Assembly (NCBI GenBank): GCA_963726455.1
Contig: CAVSCK010000004.1
Location: 128,001 to 192,000 of the forward strand
Source: an uncultured bacterium
GTDB taxonomy: Bacteria; Zixibacteria; MSB-5A5; CAIYYT01
Reading direction: 5' to 3'
Length of the DNA stretch: 64,000 bases
Shown here one piece after another: positions 18,644 through 28,284 of the stretch. The translations under genes and the position numbers were made by a program. Under the pieces are notes generated by a model. It made no database searches and was not told the DNA's origin. It saw only the letters and a list, made by a program, of their open reading frames with translations. The stretch's first letter is position 1; each line of letters starts with the position of its first letter.

Positions 18644-20434
18644 ATGTATCCTTACGGTCATACATCCGGTGAAGCCGATGCTTCAGGTGAGGCGCAAGTT
18701 CCCCGAACATTGCCTCCGCTAAGTCAATTTGACGCCATTCCAATCGCTGTCTTCGCTGCTGATCACGAAGGTGCAATCTATTATACCAATCAGCGGTTTG
18801 ACCAAATTATTGCCAGCAACAACTGCGCGACCGACTATTGCCGCAATCTTGGCGAACTCGAGGATCTTATGTCCATCGAATTGGCCCTCCCGGCATACCG
18901 CGCCATGGAGCAGCGAATTCCTTTCAACTCTGAGCAGTTCATCTTCACCGGCAGCGATGGTCAATACTTCCTTCTCTCAATTTCCCTGAGCCCGCTCATA
19001 ACCGACGGTGCCTGCTGGGGCGTGTTTGGCGTGCTCCAGGACGTGACCCAGGTCGCCGACGCCAGCGAGAGTCTGCGGCGGCGCATCAAGGAACTGAACA
19101 CCATCGAAGAAATCTCGCAGGCGCTGCATTCGACCATGAAGACCGACGACATCCTGCGCATCATCCTGACCGGCGCCACCTGCAAAGAAGGCCTTGGTTT
19201 CAACCGGGCTTTCCTGTTTCTGCTCAATGAACACAACATGGTACTGGAAGGCCAGATGGCCATCGGTCCCTCGAACGCCGAGGAAGCCGGCCGCATCTGG
19301 GGGGCAATCGAACCGGGAACGCGCACGCTGTCGCAGGTTCTGGCGCATTACCTGCTGAACGTCGCCAATCAGGACATCGAAGTTAATCACATTGTCAGGT
19401 CACTCAAAATCGATCTGTCATCCGCCACTATCTTCCGCCGCGTCGTCCAGACCGGTCGCTGGTGTAATATCGACAGCGAATCGCAGAACGTGGTGCACGA
19501 TACTGAAGTGCTGCGCATTCTCAACACTCATCGCTTTGCGATAGTGCCGTTGTTGGCGCGCGGCAAGACTATTGGCACAATTGTTGCAGACAACTTGATT
19601 ACCGGCAAACCGATTGACAACAATACCGTCCGCCTGCTGCAAATCTTCGCCGACCACGCCGCCACCGCTATCGAGAAAGCCCGGCTCTTTGAAGAAATCG
19701 AAATCAAAGCCGAGTCGCTGGAACGCGCCAATTCCAAATTGGAGCAGGTGCAAAAACAAATCGCCGCTATCGAAAAAAGCTCTCTGATGGCAGAGATTAC
19801 CCACAAGATCGCTCACGAGCTACGCAATCCGATCACAATTATCGGCGGATTTGCGGCGTTGTTAAATCGCGGCCTGAATCCTGCCGATAAACTAAGCGAG
19901 TATGGCAGGATCATCGTGGACGAGACTTTGAGGGTCGAGAAAGCGCTGGAAGACGTTCTGAACTTCTCCAAATCGTTCGCTCAGGATCGCGAAGCTTGTG
20001 ACTTGAGGGAGATCGTTCAGGCGACAACTGATGTTCTCGAACAAACGCATTCCCATATTGAAATGCGCTTGGACCCGCCTGTTGAGGATTATCCGCTCAT
20101 GATCCGCGTTAACCGCGATCAGACCGTTCAATCGCTGCGTGACATAATTGAGGCGGTTGGCTCGTTCATGCCTGATAACACGCCGTTGCGGCTGAGCTTG
20201 CGAGATGATAGCGCCATGCGGAGAATCGAATTGCATTGGCAGATTCCCGGCATCGAGCGGCAACGGATAACCGAGTTGCTGACAGACATGCTGGAGAGCC
20301 GGACCTCCGGTTCGTCGTTGCGATTGACGTTGGCGTTCGAGACGGTGCGTTACAACGGCGGTGAACCCGGGCTCGCGGCCAGGTCAGCCGACGACCAGTA
20401 CCTGTTTATCGAGTATCCGTCACTGGAGGAATAA
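18644..20434 (+). CDS. PAS-GAF histidine kinase-like protein with intact H-box and degenerate ATP-binding domain
   Basis: PAS (FAADHEGAIYYTNQRF), GAF (GLGFNRAFLFL...IVADNLITGKPI), HisKA AHELRNPIT; no N/G1/G2 boxes; ORF open from 18542 so start is uncertain. Confidence 0.85.
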   Translation: MYPYGHTSGEADASGEAQVPRTLPPLSQFDAIPIAVFAADHEGAIYYTNQRFDQIIASNNCATDYCRNLGELEDLMSIELALPAYRAMEQRIPFNSEQFIFTGSDGQYFLLSISLSPLITDGACWGVFGVLQDVTQVADASESLRRRIKELNTIEEISQALHSTMKTDDILRIILTGATCKEGLGFNRAFLFLLNEHNMVLEGQMAIGPSNAEEAGRIWGAIEPGTRTLSQVLAHYLLNVANQDIEVNHIVRSLKIDLSSATIFRRVVQTGRWCNIDSESQNVVHDTEVLRILNTHRFAIVPLLARGKTIGTIVADNLITGKPIDNNTVRLLQIFADHAATAIEKARLFEEIEIKAESLERANSKLEQVQKQIAAIEKSSLMAEITHKIAHELRNPITIIGGFAALLNRGLNPADKLSEYGRIIVDETLRVEKALEDVLNFSKSFAQDREACDLREIVQATTDVLEQTHSHIEMRLDPPVEDYPLMIRVNRDQTVQSLRDIIEAVGSFMPDNTPLRLSLRDDSAMRRIELHWQIPGIERQRITELLTDMLESRTSGSSLRLTLAFETVRYNGGEPGLAARSADDQYLFIEYPSLEE

Positions 20435-20435
20435 G

Positions 20436-20798
20436 ATGAATCATACAATTATGTGCGTCGATGATGAGCCGAACTTGCTACGACTCTACGAGCAAGTGCT
20501 CTCGGAGGACGGTTTCACCGTTGTCTCTGCGCACTCAGGTAACGAGGCCATCTCGAAAATCCAATCCCAGCCGGTCGACCTCGTCGTTCTCGATATTCGC
20601 ATGGATGACAAGGACGGCCTGGAAGTGCTGCGCGAACTCAAATTGAAAGATCCCGATCTGCCGGTCATCCTGCACTCGGCATACAACACCTACAAGTCAG
20701 ATTTCACCAGTTGGCTGGCGGTCGATTATCTCGTTAAGAGCGCCGACCTCACGCAGTTGCGCACGCGCATCAGAGAGTTATTGGAGGCGAATGACTGA
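20436..20798 (+). CDS. Single-domain response regulator
   Basis: VDDE, VLDIRM phosphoacceptor Asp, HSAY, YLVKS. Confidence 0.92.
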   Translation: MNHTIMCVDDEPNLLRLYEQVLSEDGFTVVSAHSGNEAISKIQSQPVDLVVLDIRMDDKDGLEVLRELKLKDPDLPVILHSAYNTYKSDFTSWLAVDYLVKSADLTQLRTRIRELLEAND

Positions 20799-21150
20799 GT
20801 CACACGATGAATTCCTGAAGCTGGTCGACCACGTTGCCGAGTTGGTGGACGAGATCAAATTGATGAGTCTCAATCTCACTATTGCCCACGCCCGTCTGCG
20901 GCTCAACGACAACGCCTTTCAAGTCGTCGGCCGAAACTTTCAGCAACTGCTCGATACGGCTGCCGCCGGTGTCGAGGAAGCGGCGGTCACACTCAAGAAA
21001 GCCCGCGGCGAGAAGCTCACCGAAGATGAGTTGACGCAGAATCAATCGGACTTGGAAGCCAGTCTCGACCGGGTCAAATCAGAAGCCGAACAGATTATCA
21101 ATACCGTGTTAGCGATCAAGAAATCCCAGCGCATTAACCGACAAGTCTGA
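20791..21150 (+). CDS. Small helical protein resembling a degenerate MCP signalling-domain tip
   Basis: VAELVDEIKLMSLNLTIAHAR...AFQVVG aligns by eye with MCP IAxQTNLLALNAAIEAAR...GFAVVA. Confidence 0.55.
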   Translation: MTESHDEFLKLVDHVAELVDEIKLMSLNLTIAHARLRLNDNAFQVVGRNFQQLLDTAAAGVEEAAVTLKKARGEKLTEDELTQNQSDLEASLDRVKSEAEQIINTVLAIKKSQRINRQV

Positions 21151-21171
21151 GCCAAGGAGACGAACATCTCA

Positions 21172-21780
21172 ATGAAACTGATCCTTCTTGTTACCGATGT
21201 CGGGGGCCCCGTAGCTTTGCATTCGCTGCTGTCCGAGATGCCTGAGCATTTTGGCCATCCCATTGTCGTGTTACCCAGCTCTGAACTGGGACTGTTGGAA
21301 TCTTCTGCCGCCGCGCTGCGGCGGACAATTTCACTTCCCATCGAAATGATTCAGCCCGTAACTGCTCTCAGGGCCGGCTGTGTCTTTTTCGGCGCCCCGA
21401 ATTCGTGCTATCGTCCGACTTTCCATGACGGCCGCGTCAGCATCGAAGCCGTGGGCGTGAATCGGGAAGAGGAGTACGTCAGGAAGACCCTCGAGAACTT
21501 CGCCGGAACATACGGCGATGAATTGACCGTTGTGTTCCTGTCCGGGCGAGGACGGAACGAGGAAATCCAATCGTGCTGTTCCACTTTGGAAAGATCCGGC
21601 TGCCGTTTGATCGTTTTCCACCGCTCGGAAACCGTCGTGTTCGATATGGGACAATGTGTGCTCGAAGAGTGTCCCTCGGCGGTGGAGCTTACGTCATCCG
21701 AAATTGTTACTTTAGTTACAACTTCTTCGCGAACCTTGCCGGCACGGTCAAAGAAACCGTCAAATACCACCGGCAAGTAA
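21172..21780 (+). CDS. CheB-like methylesterase domain, catalytic triad substituted
   Basis: TDVGGPVALHSLLSEMP, FLSGRG, TVVFDMG match CheB landmarks. Confidence 0.75.
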   Translation: MKLILLVTDVGGPVALHSLLSEMPEHFGHPIVVLPSSELGLLESSAAALRRTISLPIEMIQPVTALRAGCVFFGAPNSCYRPTFHDGRVSIEAVGVNREEEYVRKTLENFAGTYGDELTVVFLSGRGRNEEIQSCCSTLERSGCRLIVFHRSETVVFDMGQCVLEECPSAVELTSSEIVTLVTTSSRTLPARSKKPSNTTGK

Positions 21781-21804
21781 ATGCGGCACCCCGTCTGCCG
21801 ATAA
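21778..21804 (+). promoter_or_regulatory. Sigma28 promoter for receiver-fapA
   Basis: Exact consensus TAAA-N15-GCCGATAA, 30 bp upstream of ATG 21835. Confidence 0.85.
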
Positions 21805-21834
21805 ATCTATTAAGAGGGGGAGAAAGGATTCTCA

Positions 21835-22242
21835 ATGGGTGAACTACAGCGAGCGCGCATCCTGATTGTCGACGATGAAGAATTCATGCGCAAGCTGCTT
21901 TCCAGCATTCTTCGCAAAGCCGGGCTTGACGCACTCTACGCCGAGACCGGAGAGGAAGCTTTGCAACTGCTGAGCGAAAACAAATGCGATATCGTCATTT
22001 CCGATGTGATGATGTCCGGAATGAGCGGAATTCAACTTCTCAAACAGGTCAAGGAGCTCTATCCGAACATCGCCTTCATCATCATGACCGGTTTCGCAGA
22101 TTCCTGCACCATTAAGGATGCGCTCATGGAGGGCGCGGATGAGTATATCACGAAGCCGTTTAAGAATCACGAAGTAACCCTGGTCGTTGAGCGGGCATAT
22201 TGGCGTATTCAGTCTGCCCGCAAATCGACGGAGATAGTCTAG
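21835..22242 (+). CDS. Single-domain response regulator
   Basis: ILIVDDE, VISDVMM, IMTG, YITKPF. Confidence 0.93.
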   Translation: MGELQRARILIVDDEEFMRKLLSSILRKAGLDALYAETGEEALQLLSENKCDIVISDVMMSGMSGIQLLKQVKELYPNIAFIIMTGFADSCTIKDALMEGADEYITKPFKNHEVTLVVERAYWRIQSARKSTEIV

Positions 22243-22248
22243 GCGCAA

Positions 22249-23751
22249 ATGGCCGGTAACGACGACGACAAATATCTCAAGTCTGCCAAAGGCATCATGC
22301 TTTCGGTCAACGGTGAAGCCACGAAAGCTTACATAAAGCTGGTAGCGGCTGAACTTGAAGGCGTGCAGCTTGTGCCCGAACTCATCTATGGCCTCTTGGC
22401 GGAAGCGGGAGTTGTTTACGGCATCAAGAACGATGTTGTCGACTTGCTCGTCGCTAGTCCGTCCTACAACGAGAAGGTCGTCGTAGCTGTCGGCGATTCG
22501 CCGATACCGGGCACCGATTCCCAGTTGGAGTACTTGTTCGAGACTGAGGTCAAGCGCGAACCGACCGTCGATGCCCAGGGACACATCAATTACAAGGATT
22601 TGAACTTCATTCAGAACGCCAAGGCGGGGCAGGTGCTGGTGCGCAAAATACCCGCGCTCCCGGGCGCTCCCGGAAAATCTGTTTTTGGAAAGGATATCGC
22701 GCCCCGCAACGGTCGTGAACGTACGTTCATTCGCGGTTCCAATACTGACATCGCACCGGATGGCCTGAGCCTGATCGCCGCCATCGACGGCACCATCGTC
22801 TACAAAGCCGGCGCCGTCACCGTGCAGCCCTCACAGAAATTGCCCGGTTCGATCGATGTCGCCACCGGAAACATCAATTGCCTTGGTTCTCTTAAGGTCG
22901 CCAAGAATATCTGCAGCGAATTCAAGGTTGTCGTGGGAGGGGATCTGGAAGTCGGTGGCAATGTCGAGGACGCCATAATCGAGGCCGGCGGCAATGTTCT
23001 GGTGCACGGTGGTTTCTTCGGTTCCGGCAGGGGCAATATCACTGCCGGTGGTGACGTTACGGTCAGATACGCCGAAAACCAGAAGATTCGCGCCGGAGGC
23101 GTAGTCTATATCGGTGGGGAAGTCCTCAATTGCGACATCTACGCCGGCGATGCTGTGATCGTGCAGGGGAAAACCGGTCGTATCGCGGGCGGCAACGTCG
23201 CGGCCAAGCACTTGATTCGTGTCTCCAAACTTGGCAATGACGCATCGGTCGCCACGCATGTGCACGTCGCTTTCGATATGCAAATGATGAACCGCATGCG
23301 CGAGGTCACCCGTGAACTAGAGCGCCTGGCAAGCGATGAGAAACGAGTCAAAGACGCGCTCGTCTTATTGTACCGCCTCGAATTGAACGGCCAGCTTCCA
23401 TCAGAAAAAAAGGAAGCGCTGTTACGATTCAAAGACTTTATGAAAGAGCTGCCGACCCAGAAGGAAGCTCTTAAGAACGAGTGCGACCAACTCCGGCAGA
23501 AACTGCAGGAGCTTAGCGGGGCGCGCGTGGCCGTCGAAGATGCCGTATACGCCGGCGCCATAATTCACTTCGGTCCCGTCTACAAAGAAATCCTCGAGGA
23601 CATTAACCAGGGCACCGTCTTCGAAAAGACCGGCGAATCGATTACTCGGTTGTTGTTCGACAATGACCGTGAACGCCGCATCGAAGACCAGTGGCGCAAA
23701 GCCAAGAAGGAAGCCCAGGCCGCAACCCACGCCGAACCGGTCACGGCGTAA
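22249..23751 (+). CDS. DUF342/FapA family flagellar assembly protein
   Basis: GVVYGI, PIPGTD, GHINYKDLNFIQN, Gly-rich beta-helix repeats, coiled-coil insertion. Confidence 0.88.
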   Translation: MAGNDDDKYLKSAKGIMLSVNGEATKAYIKLVAAELEGVQLVPELIYGLLAEAGVVYGIKNDVVDLLVASPSYNEKVVVAVGDSPIPGTDSQLEYLFETEVKREPTVDAQGHINYKDLNFIQNAKAGQVLVRKIPALPGAPGKSVFGKDIAPRNGRERTFIRGSNTDIAPDGLSLIAAIDGTIVYKAGAVTVQPSQKLPGSIDVATGNINCLGSLKVAKNICSEFKVVVGGDLEVGGNVEDAIIEAGGNVLVHGGFFGSGRGNITAGGDVTVRYAENQKIRAGGVVYIGGEVLNCDIYAGDAVIVQGKTGRIAGGNVAAKHLIRVSKLGNDASVATHVHVAFDMQMMNRMREVTRELERLASDEKRVKDALVLLYRLELNGQLPSEKKEALLRFKDFMKELPTQKEALKNECDQLRQKLQELSGARVAVEDAVYAGAIIHFGPVYKEILEDINQGTVFEKTGESITRLLFDNDRERRIEDQWRKAKKEAQAATHAEPVTA

Positions 23752-23832
23752 TCATCCCCTCTACCTAGATATCTGCATCACATTCCCGCCGATTCGACGC
23801 CTTCATCCGTCGTATGCGAAATGTCTGAAGTT

Positions 23833-23897
23833 TCGTAGGTCGAAACCCCTGATGGATGCGCGTTCGTTATACAAATCCCATTCCGGGGTTTCGACAT
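23833..23897 (+). repeat. REP-like palindrome, single unit of family A (CGTAGGTCGAAACCCC...GGGGTTTCGAC)
   Basis: 11-bp inverted repeat 23839-23849 / 23885-23895; same motif at 51.4, 53.1 and 54.7 kb. Confidence 0.8.
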
Positions 23898-23995
23898 TTA
23901 TGACTTTCGCGGGAATGACAATGCCCCTCAAACGCGTCAGTAAGATTTCGCTTGCGCCCGATGTGTACTCCCCGTACTTTTTCAGGTACCACATC

Positions 23996-24067
23996 GCGGG
24001 TGTAGTTCAGCGGTAGAACGTCAGCTTCCCAAGCTGAATGTCGAGGGTTCAACTCCCTTCACCCGCT
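23996..24067 (+). tRNA. tRNA-Gly (CCC)
   Basis: Acceptor stem GCGGGTG/CACCCGC, D-arm GTTCAGCGGTAGAAC, anticodon arm TCAGC-TTCCCAA-GCTGA, T-arm GAGGGTTCAACTCCCTT; CCA not encoded. Confidence 0.96.
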
Positions 24068-24103
24068 TTTCTTATTGTCGCCGCCCCCACAAACCAAACT
24101 CCG

Positions 24104-25054
24104 CTACCTGCTCTCCATGGCATGCTGCTCGACGTCTAGCGCTGCCTTCAATCCTTTGGCCAGCGACGTTGTCGGGCCGATTCCCCAGTAATGCAGGAAC
24201 ACCAGGCGCGGCGACTCAGTTTCCATGTGATTATGCAGCGCCGTAATATCGATATTGGCATGGCGCAGCGCCTTGAGTACTGACTGCACCTCACTTTCCT
24301 GCATCACGAAATCGCCGTCAACTACGGCTTTCTCGTCGCTCCCCGCGAATGCTGCCCAGGTATTGACGCCCATCGCGTTGCCGATCTGCTCTCCCTGCAT
24401 TTCTGTCGTCCGTCCAAAGGTATATTTACAGACGCCGCTTGCCAGTTGACCCTTGGCGCCGAGTATTGCATCAATCTTCTTTGGATCAAGCGTGCTCTTG
24501 GCGGGATCAATTTGCGCCGTCGGTATCTCACCCTTGCCGCCTTCGGTTTCCTTGATCTTGGCGAATACCTTGCCCACAGCGGTCGCCATCGTCTCGGCAT
24601 TACCTTCGCCACCGATATGCATGAACATTACGCGCGGCGAATCCCACAGGAAATGATTATGAATCGCCGTGACTTGCAGCCCATTGTCCAGGGCGGCGCT
24701 CAGTACCGGGTTGACCTGATCCTCCTGCAGCACCAGATCGCCCATGACCATCGCGTTATTGCCCATCATCTTAAAAGCCGCCCACACCGACAACCCCATC
24801 GGAGGCGTCACTTTCACTCCCGCGACCGTCTCGGTGATGTCTTCGCGCGGAAATCCGACGCGATACACACCCTCTTGTTCGATATACTGTCCCTTGGATT
24901 GCGTCAACTGTTCGATCTTGTCAAATACCGGTTGCCGGGCGGTCTGTCCCGTCATCGATTGGGTATTCATCTGCGCGTCTGCTTGCGGCGTCCACATTAA
25001 TGTCGTGGAAATGGCCGCCTGCAAGAGCATCGCCGAAATAGTGAATCTGAGCAT
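24104..25054 (-). CDS. DUF1259 (LppY/LpqO-like) secreted protein, two repeated domains
   Basis: Signal peptide; duplicated WAAF...GD.V..E.(Q/E)V..V...L....TA.HNH...SPR..F.H motif. Confidence 0.85.
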   Translation of the reverse strand: MLRFTISAMLLQAAISTTLMWTPQADAQMNTQSMTGQTARQPVFDKIEQLTQSKGQYIEQEGVYRVGFPREDITETVAGVKVTPPMGLSVWAAFKMMGNNAMVMGDLVLQEDQVNPVLSAALDNGLQVTAIHNHFLWDSPRVMFMHIGGEGNAETMATAVGKVFAKIKETEGGKGEIPTAQIDPAKSTLDPKKIDAILGAKGQLASGVCKYTFGRTTEMQGEQIGNAMGVNTWAAFAGSDEKAVVDGDFVMQESEVQSVLKALRHANIDITALHNHMETESPRLVFLHYWGIGPTTSLAKGLKAALDVEQHAMESR

Positions 25055-25313
25055 TATATCCTCCTGCGATGTAAGCCCGCTCATTACTCTTTACTTGATT
25101 AGAACGCAGCCAAGATTGGCGCACGATAACGCAATTTGCAGGCCGCGCAGGCGCTTTAGTCACGTGCTGACGCCACAATCCCATTGACTTAGCCCCGCCG
25201 ATGTCGTACCGTCTATATCTGCCGACCGAGTGTCGGATATCGCGAACAGTAGCGCGTCGGTTCGGCCCAAATTGGGGCCCGCAGACGTGTGATTTCGAAA
25301 AGAGAGTAAGCTA

Positions 25314-26639
25314 ATGCCTCTGCCAGTCGTGGCAATTATCGGTCGACCCAACGTCGGCAAATCGACCTTCTTCAATCGCATCTGCAGGTCGCGCCATGCG
25401 ATCACCGACGACATGCCCGGCGTCACCCGCGACCGCCACTATGGCCCCGTCGAGTGGGCGGGACACTATTTCGTTGTCGTCGACACAGGCGGCCTGGTAC
25501 CCGCCTCGGATGAAATCTACGAAGCCAAGGTCCGCGAACAAGCGCAGATTGCCATCGAGGAATGCGATCTCGTGCTGTTCATGGTCGATGCCCGCGTGGG
25601 CCCTCTGGACGTCGATGTTGACATTGCCAAGCTACTGCGCCGTGCCGGCAAACCGACCTTGCTGGTCGTCAACAAGGCCGACAACGAAGTATTCGAGTTG
25701 GAAGCGAGCAAATTCTACTCGCTTGGCCTCGGCGATCCGTTTCCCATCGCGGCAAATTCCGGCCGTAACTCCGGCGACCTGCTGGATCAAGTCATCGCGC
25801 GCCTGCCTGTTGTCCCGCCCGATGACAAAGATGAAGACATCATTCATGTCGCGGTCATCGGACGGCCCAACGTGGGTAAATCGTCGCTGGTAAATCGCCT
25901 TCTCGGCGATGAACGTCTGGTTGTTGCCGATCAGCCCGGCACCACGCGCGACGCGATCGACACGGCTCTGTCATATGAGGAACATCGGTTCGTATTGATT
26001 GACACCGCGGGTTTGCGACGCGCCGCCAGAGTGAAAGATAACGTTGAATTCTATACTTCGTTGCGCACCGTGCGTTCGCTGCAGCGCGCTGATATCGCGA
26101 TGATATTGGTCGAAGCTCCCGAGGGTATCACCGGGCAGGACATCAAGATCATAGAACAAGCCGAGCAGGAACGGAAGGGTATCGTCATCGTCGTCAACAA
26201 GTGGGATCTGGTGGAAAAGGACACGCACACTGTCGACCAATTCACCCAGACGTTCCATGAAAAGGCGAAGCTGATGCAGTACATCCCGCTGGTATTCGTC
26301 TCAGCGCTTTCCGGCCAGCGGGTCACGAAGATTCTCGATCACCTGATCGAAATCAACACCGAACGCCAAAAACGGCTTTCTACTAGAGAACTGAATGATT
26401 TTATCGAGGAGGCCGTGCGCGATCGCCCCCCCGCGGCGCATCGGGGACAATTCATTAAATTCTATTATGCCACCCAGGTTGATGTCGCGCCGCCCAGTTT
26501 TGTCTTCTTCGTCAACTATCCGGAATATCTCGACCGCTCTTACATTCGCTATCTCGAAAATCGTCTCCGCGACAAATTTGGCTTTCTCGGCAATTCCCTT
26601 CGCATGAAGTTCAACAAGAAGGCCCGTTCGAAAGAATAG
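25314..26639 (+). CDS. der: Ribosome biogenesis GTPase Der/EngA
   Basis: Two GRPNVGKS G-domains, GVTRD/GTTRD, NKAD/NKWD, KH-like C-terminus. Confidence 0.98.
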   Translation: MPLPVVAIIGRPNVGKSTFFNRICRSRHAITDDMPGVTRDRHYGPVEWAGHYFVVVDTGGLVPASDEIYEAKVREQAQIAIEECDLVLFMVDARVGPLDVDVDIAKLLRRAGKPTLLVVNKADNEVFELEASKFYSLGLGDPFPIAANSGRNSGDLLDQVIARLPVVPPDDKDEDIIHVAVIGRPNVGKSSLVNRLLGDERLVVADQPGTTRDAIDTALSYEEHRFVLIDTAGLRRAARVKDNVEFYTSLRTVRSLQRADIAMILVEAPEGITGQDIKIIEQAEQERKGIVIVVNKWDLVEKDTHTVDQFTQTFHEKAKLMQYIPLVFVSALSGQRVTKILDHLIEINTERQKRLSTRELNDFIEEAVRDRPPAAHRGQFIKFYYATQVDVAPPSFVFFVNYPEYLDRSYIRYLENRLRDKFGFLGNSLRMKFNKKARSKE

Positions 26640-26795
26640 CACAATCAGCGCCAATGCTTCGTCCGAAATACCGGCACTGTCAAATTTGTTAAACGGCAAC
26701 CTTGCTTGCACGTAATTGTAAACAATGTTGTTGTTGACGACCGGCCCGTTCGGCGTCTATCATAAATTTCCTTGCATTACGGAAGGACTCTTGCG

Positions 26796-27454
26796 ATGAA
26801 AAGGATGTTGGTTGCAATCATGGTAGTGCTGGGCGCGGCAAGTTGCGCTCAGGCGACATTTCTCGGACAGATGCGTCCCGCCGAAACGCTCGGTATGGGT
26901 AGTCTCAACTTCATGGCAGGCGCGGGAGTCTTCGAACATGCCCGCCTCGTATTCGGCAATGTTCGTTACGGTATCGCCACGCCGGTGGATGTCAGCGGCA
27001 GTTCGCAATTATGGATCATGATGCCTCAAACGATATCGCCATCATGCTCGGCGGCGACGTTCAGTGCCGGCTCACTCATTCCGATCTCGGCGCTCCGTTC
27101 GACATGGCGATCGGCGGCTCGCTTGAATATTATCATCTCCATCAGGATGTCATCGGCGGTCTGACCAATCTCGGCGTCGGATTCAATTTTGTCGGCAGCA
27201 AACCGTTCACGTTCGACAATGGTTTTAAATTCACGCCCTACGGCCGTCTCAATTTGCGTGTCGATCGCAGTCATTTCCATCAGTATCGCATAGTCGAACC
27301 ATACGACCTGATGTCGGTCAGCGATTCCAAATTTCATATCGGTTTCAATCTTGGCTCGGTCTTCCCGCTGTCGAGTAAAGTCAGTCTGGTCGGCGAATTT
27401 CAGATCGACGAACAGGTCGGCTTCCTCGCCGGCATCAATTTCTTTATGTGGTAA
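26796..27454 (+). CDS. Outer-membrane beta-barrel-like protein (frameshift ~27000)
   Basis: Signal peptide MKRMLVAIMVVLGAASCAQA; amphipathic strands; ends in aromatic FFMW. Confidence 0.6.
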
Positions 27455-27480
27455 CTCGATGATCCTAGCACCGGTGTTTA

Positions 27481-28284
27481 ATGACCATTCTTGATGCCTT
27501 CATTCTCGGTTTCGTGCAGGGCGCGTCTGAATTCCTGCCGATTTCATCTTCCGCGCATCTCGTGATCTCTCAGGGGCTGCTGCATCTGAGCGAGCCCAGC
27601 ATATTCCTCGAAGTCGCACTGCATGTCGGCACGCTGTTGTCGGTGCTGATCTATTTCCGGCGCGATGTCATCGGCGTCTTGTACGGATTCTTCGAATACC
27701 TGCTTACCCGCAAGAAGACTCAGAACGAGGGAAATTTCCGACTCGGACTTTGCATAATCCTCGGTTCGATTCCTGCCGCCGTTGGTGGCTTTCTGTTGGA
27801 AAACTGGTTCGAAGCGCGATTTAAGACCGTCGACTTCAGCGGCTACATGCTGCTGATTACCGCGGCAATGCTGCTCTTAACGTGGTTTGCGCGCAATCGC
27901 AAACAGCCTGTAAATCTGCCGCGCGCCTTGATCATCGGTGTTGCGCAATTCTGTGCGATTCTCCCCGGCATTTCACGCTCCGGTTCGACCATTTCCGCCG
28001 GGCTGTTTCTCGGCATCACACCGCGTGAGGCCGCGCGCTTTTCATTTCTGCTTTCGCTGCCGGCAGTCTTCGGCGCGGCATTGCTCAAGACCGTCGAACT
28101 GTCACACTCGCCTGTGACTCAGAATGATCTGATTCACTTCGGCATCGGCGCCGTGGTATCGTTCGTGGTCGGCCTGGCAGCCATCCATTACTTACTCAAG
28201 ATCGTCAGCAGTCGCCGCTTCTATCTCTTCGGATTCTATTGCCTTCTCGCCGGTATCTTCACTATACTCTATCCTTGGGCATGA
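27481..28284 (+). CDS. uppP: Undecaprenyl-diphosphatase
   Basis: GFVQGASEFLPISSSAH, PGISRSGSTI, ARFSFLLS. Confidence 0.96.
   Translation: MTILDAFILGFVQGASEFLPISSSAHLVISQGLLHLSEPSIFLEVALHVGTLLSVLIYFRRDVIGVLYGFFEYLLTRKKTQNEGNFRLGLCIILGSIPAAVGGFLLENWFEARFKTVDFSGYMLLITAAMLLLTWFARNRKQPVNLPRALIIGVAQFCAILPGISRSGSTISAGLFLGITPREAARFSFLLSLPAVFGAALLKTVELSHSPVTQNDLIHFGIGAVVSFVVGLAAIHYLLKIVSSRRFYLFGFYCLLAGIFTILYPWA

Noticed and set aside
23996-25300. Genomic island integrated at tRNA-Gly
   Set aside because: No integrase, and I saw no duplicated tRNA 3' end
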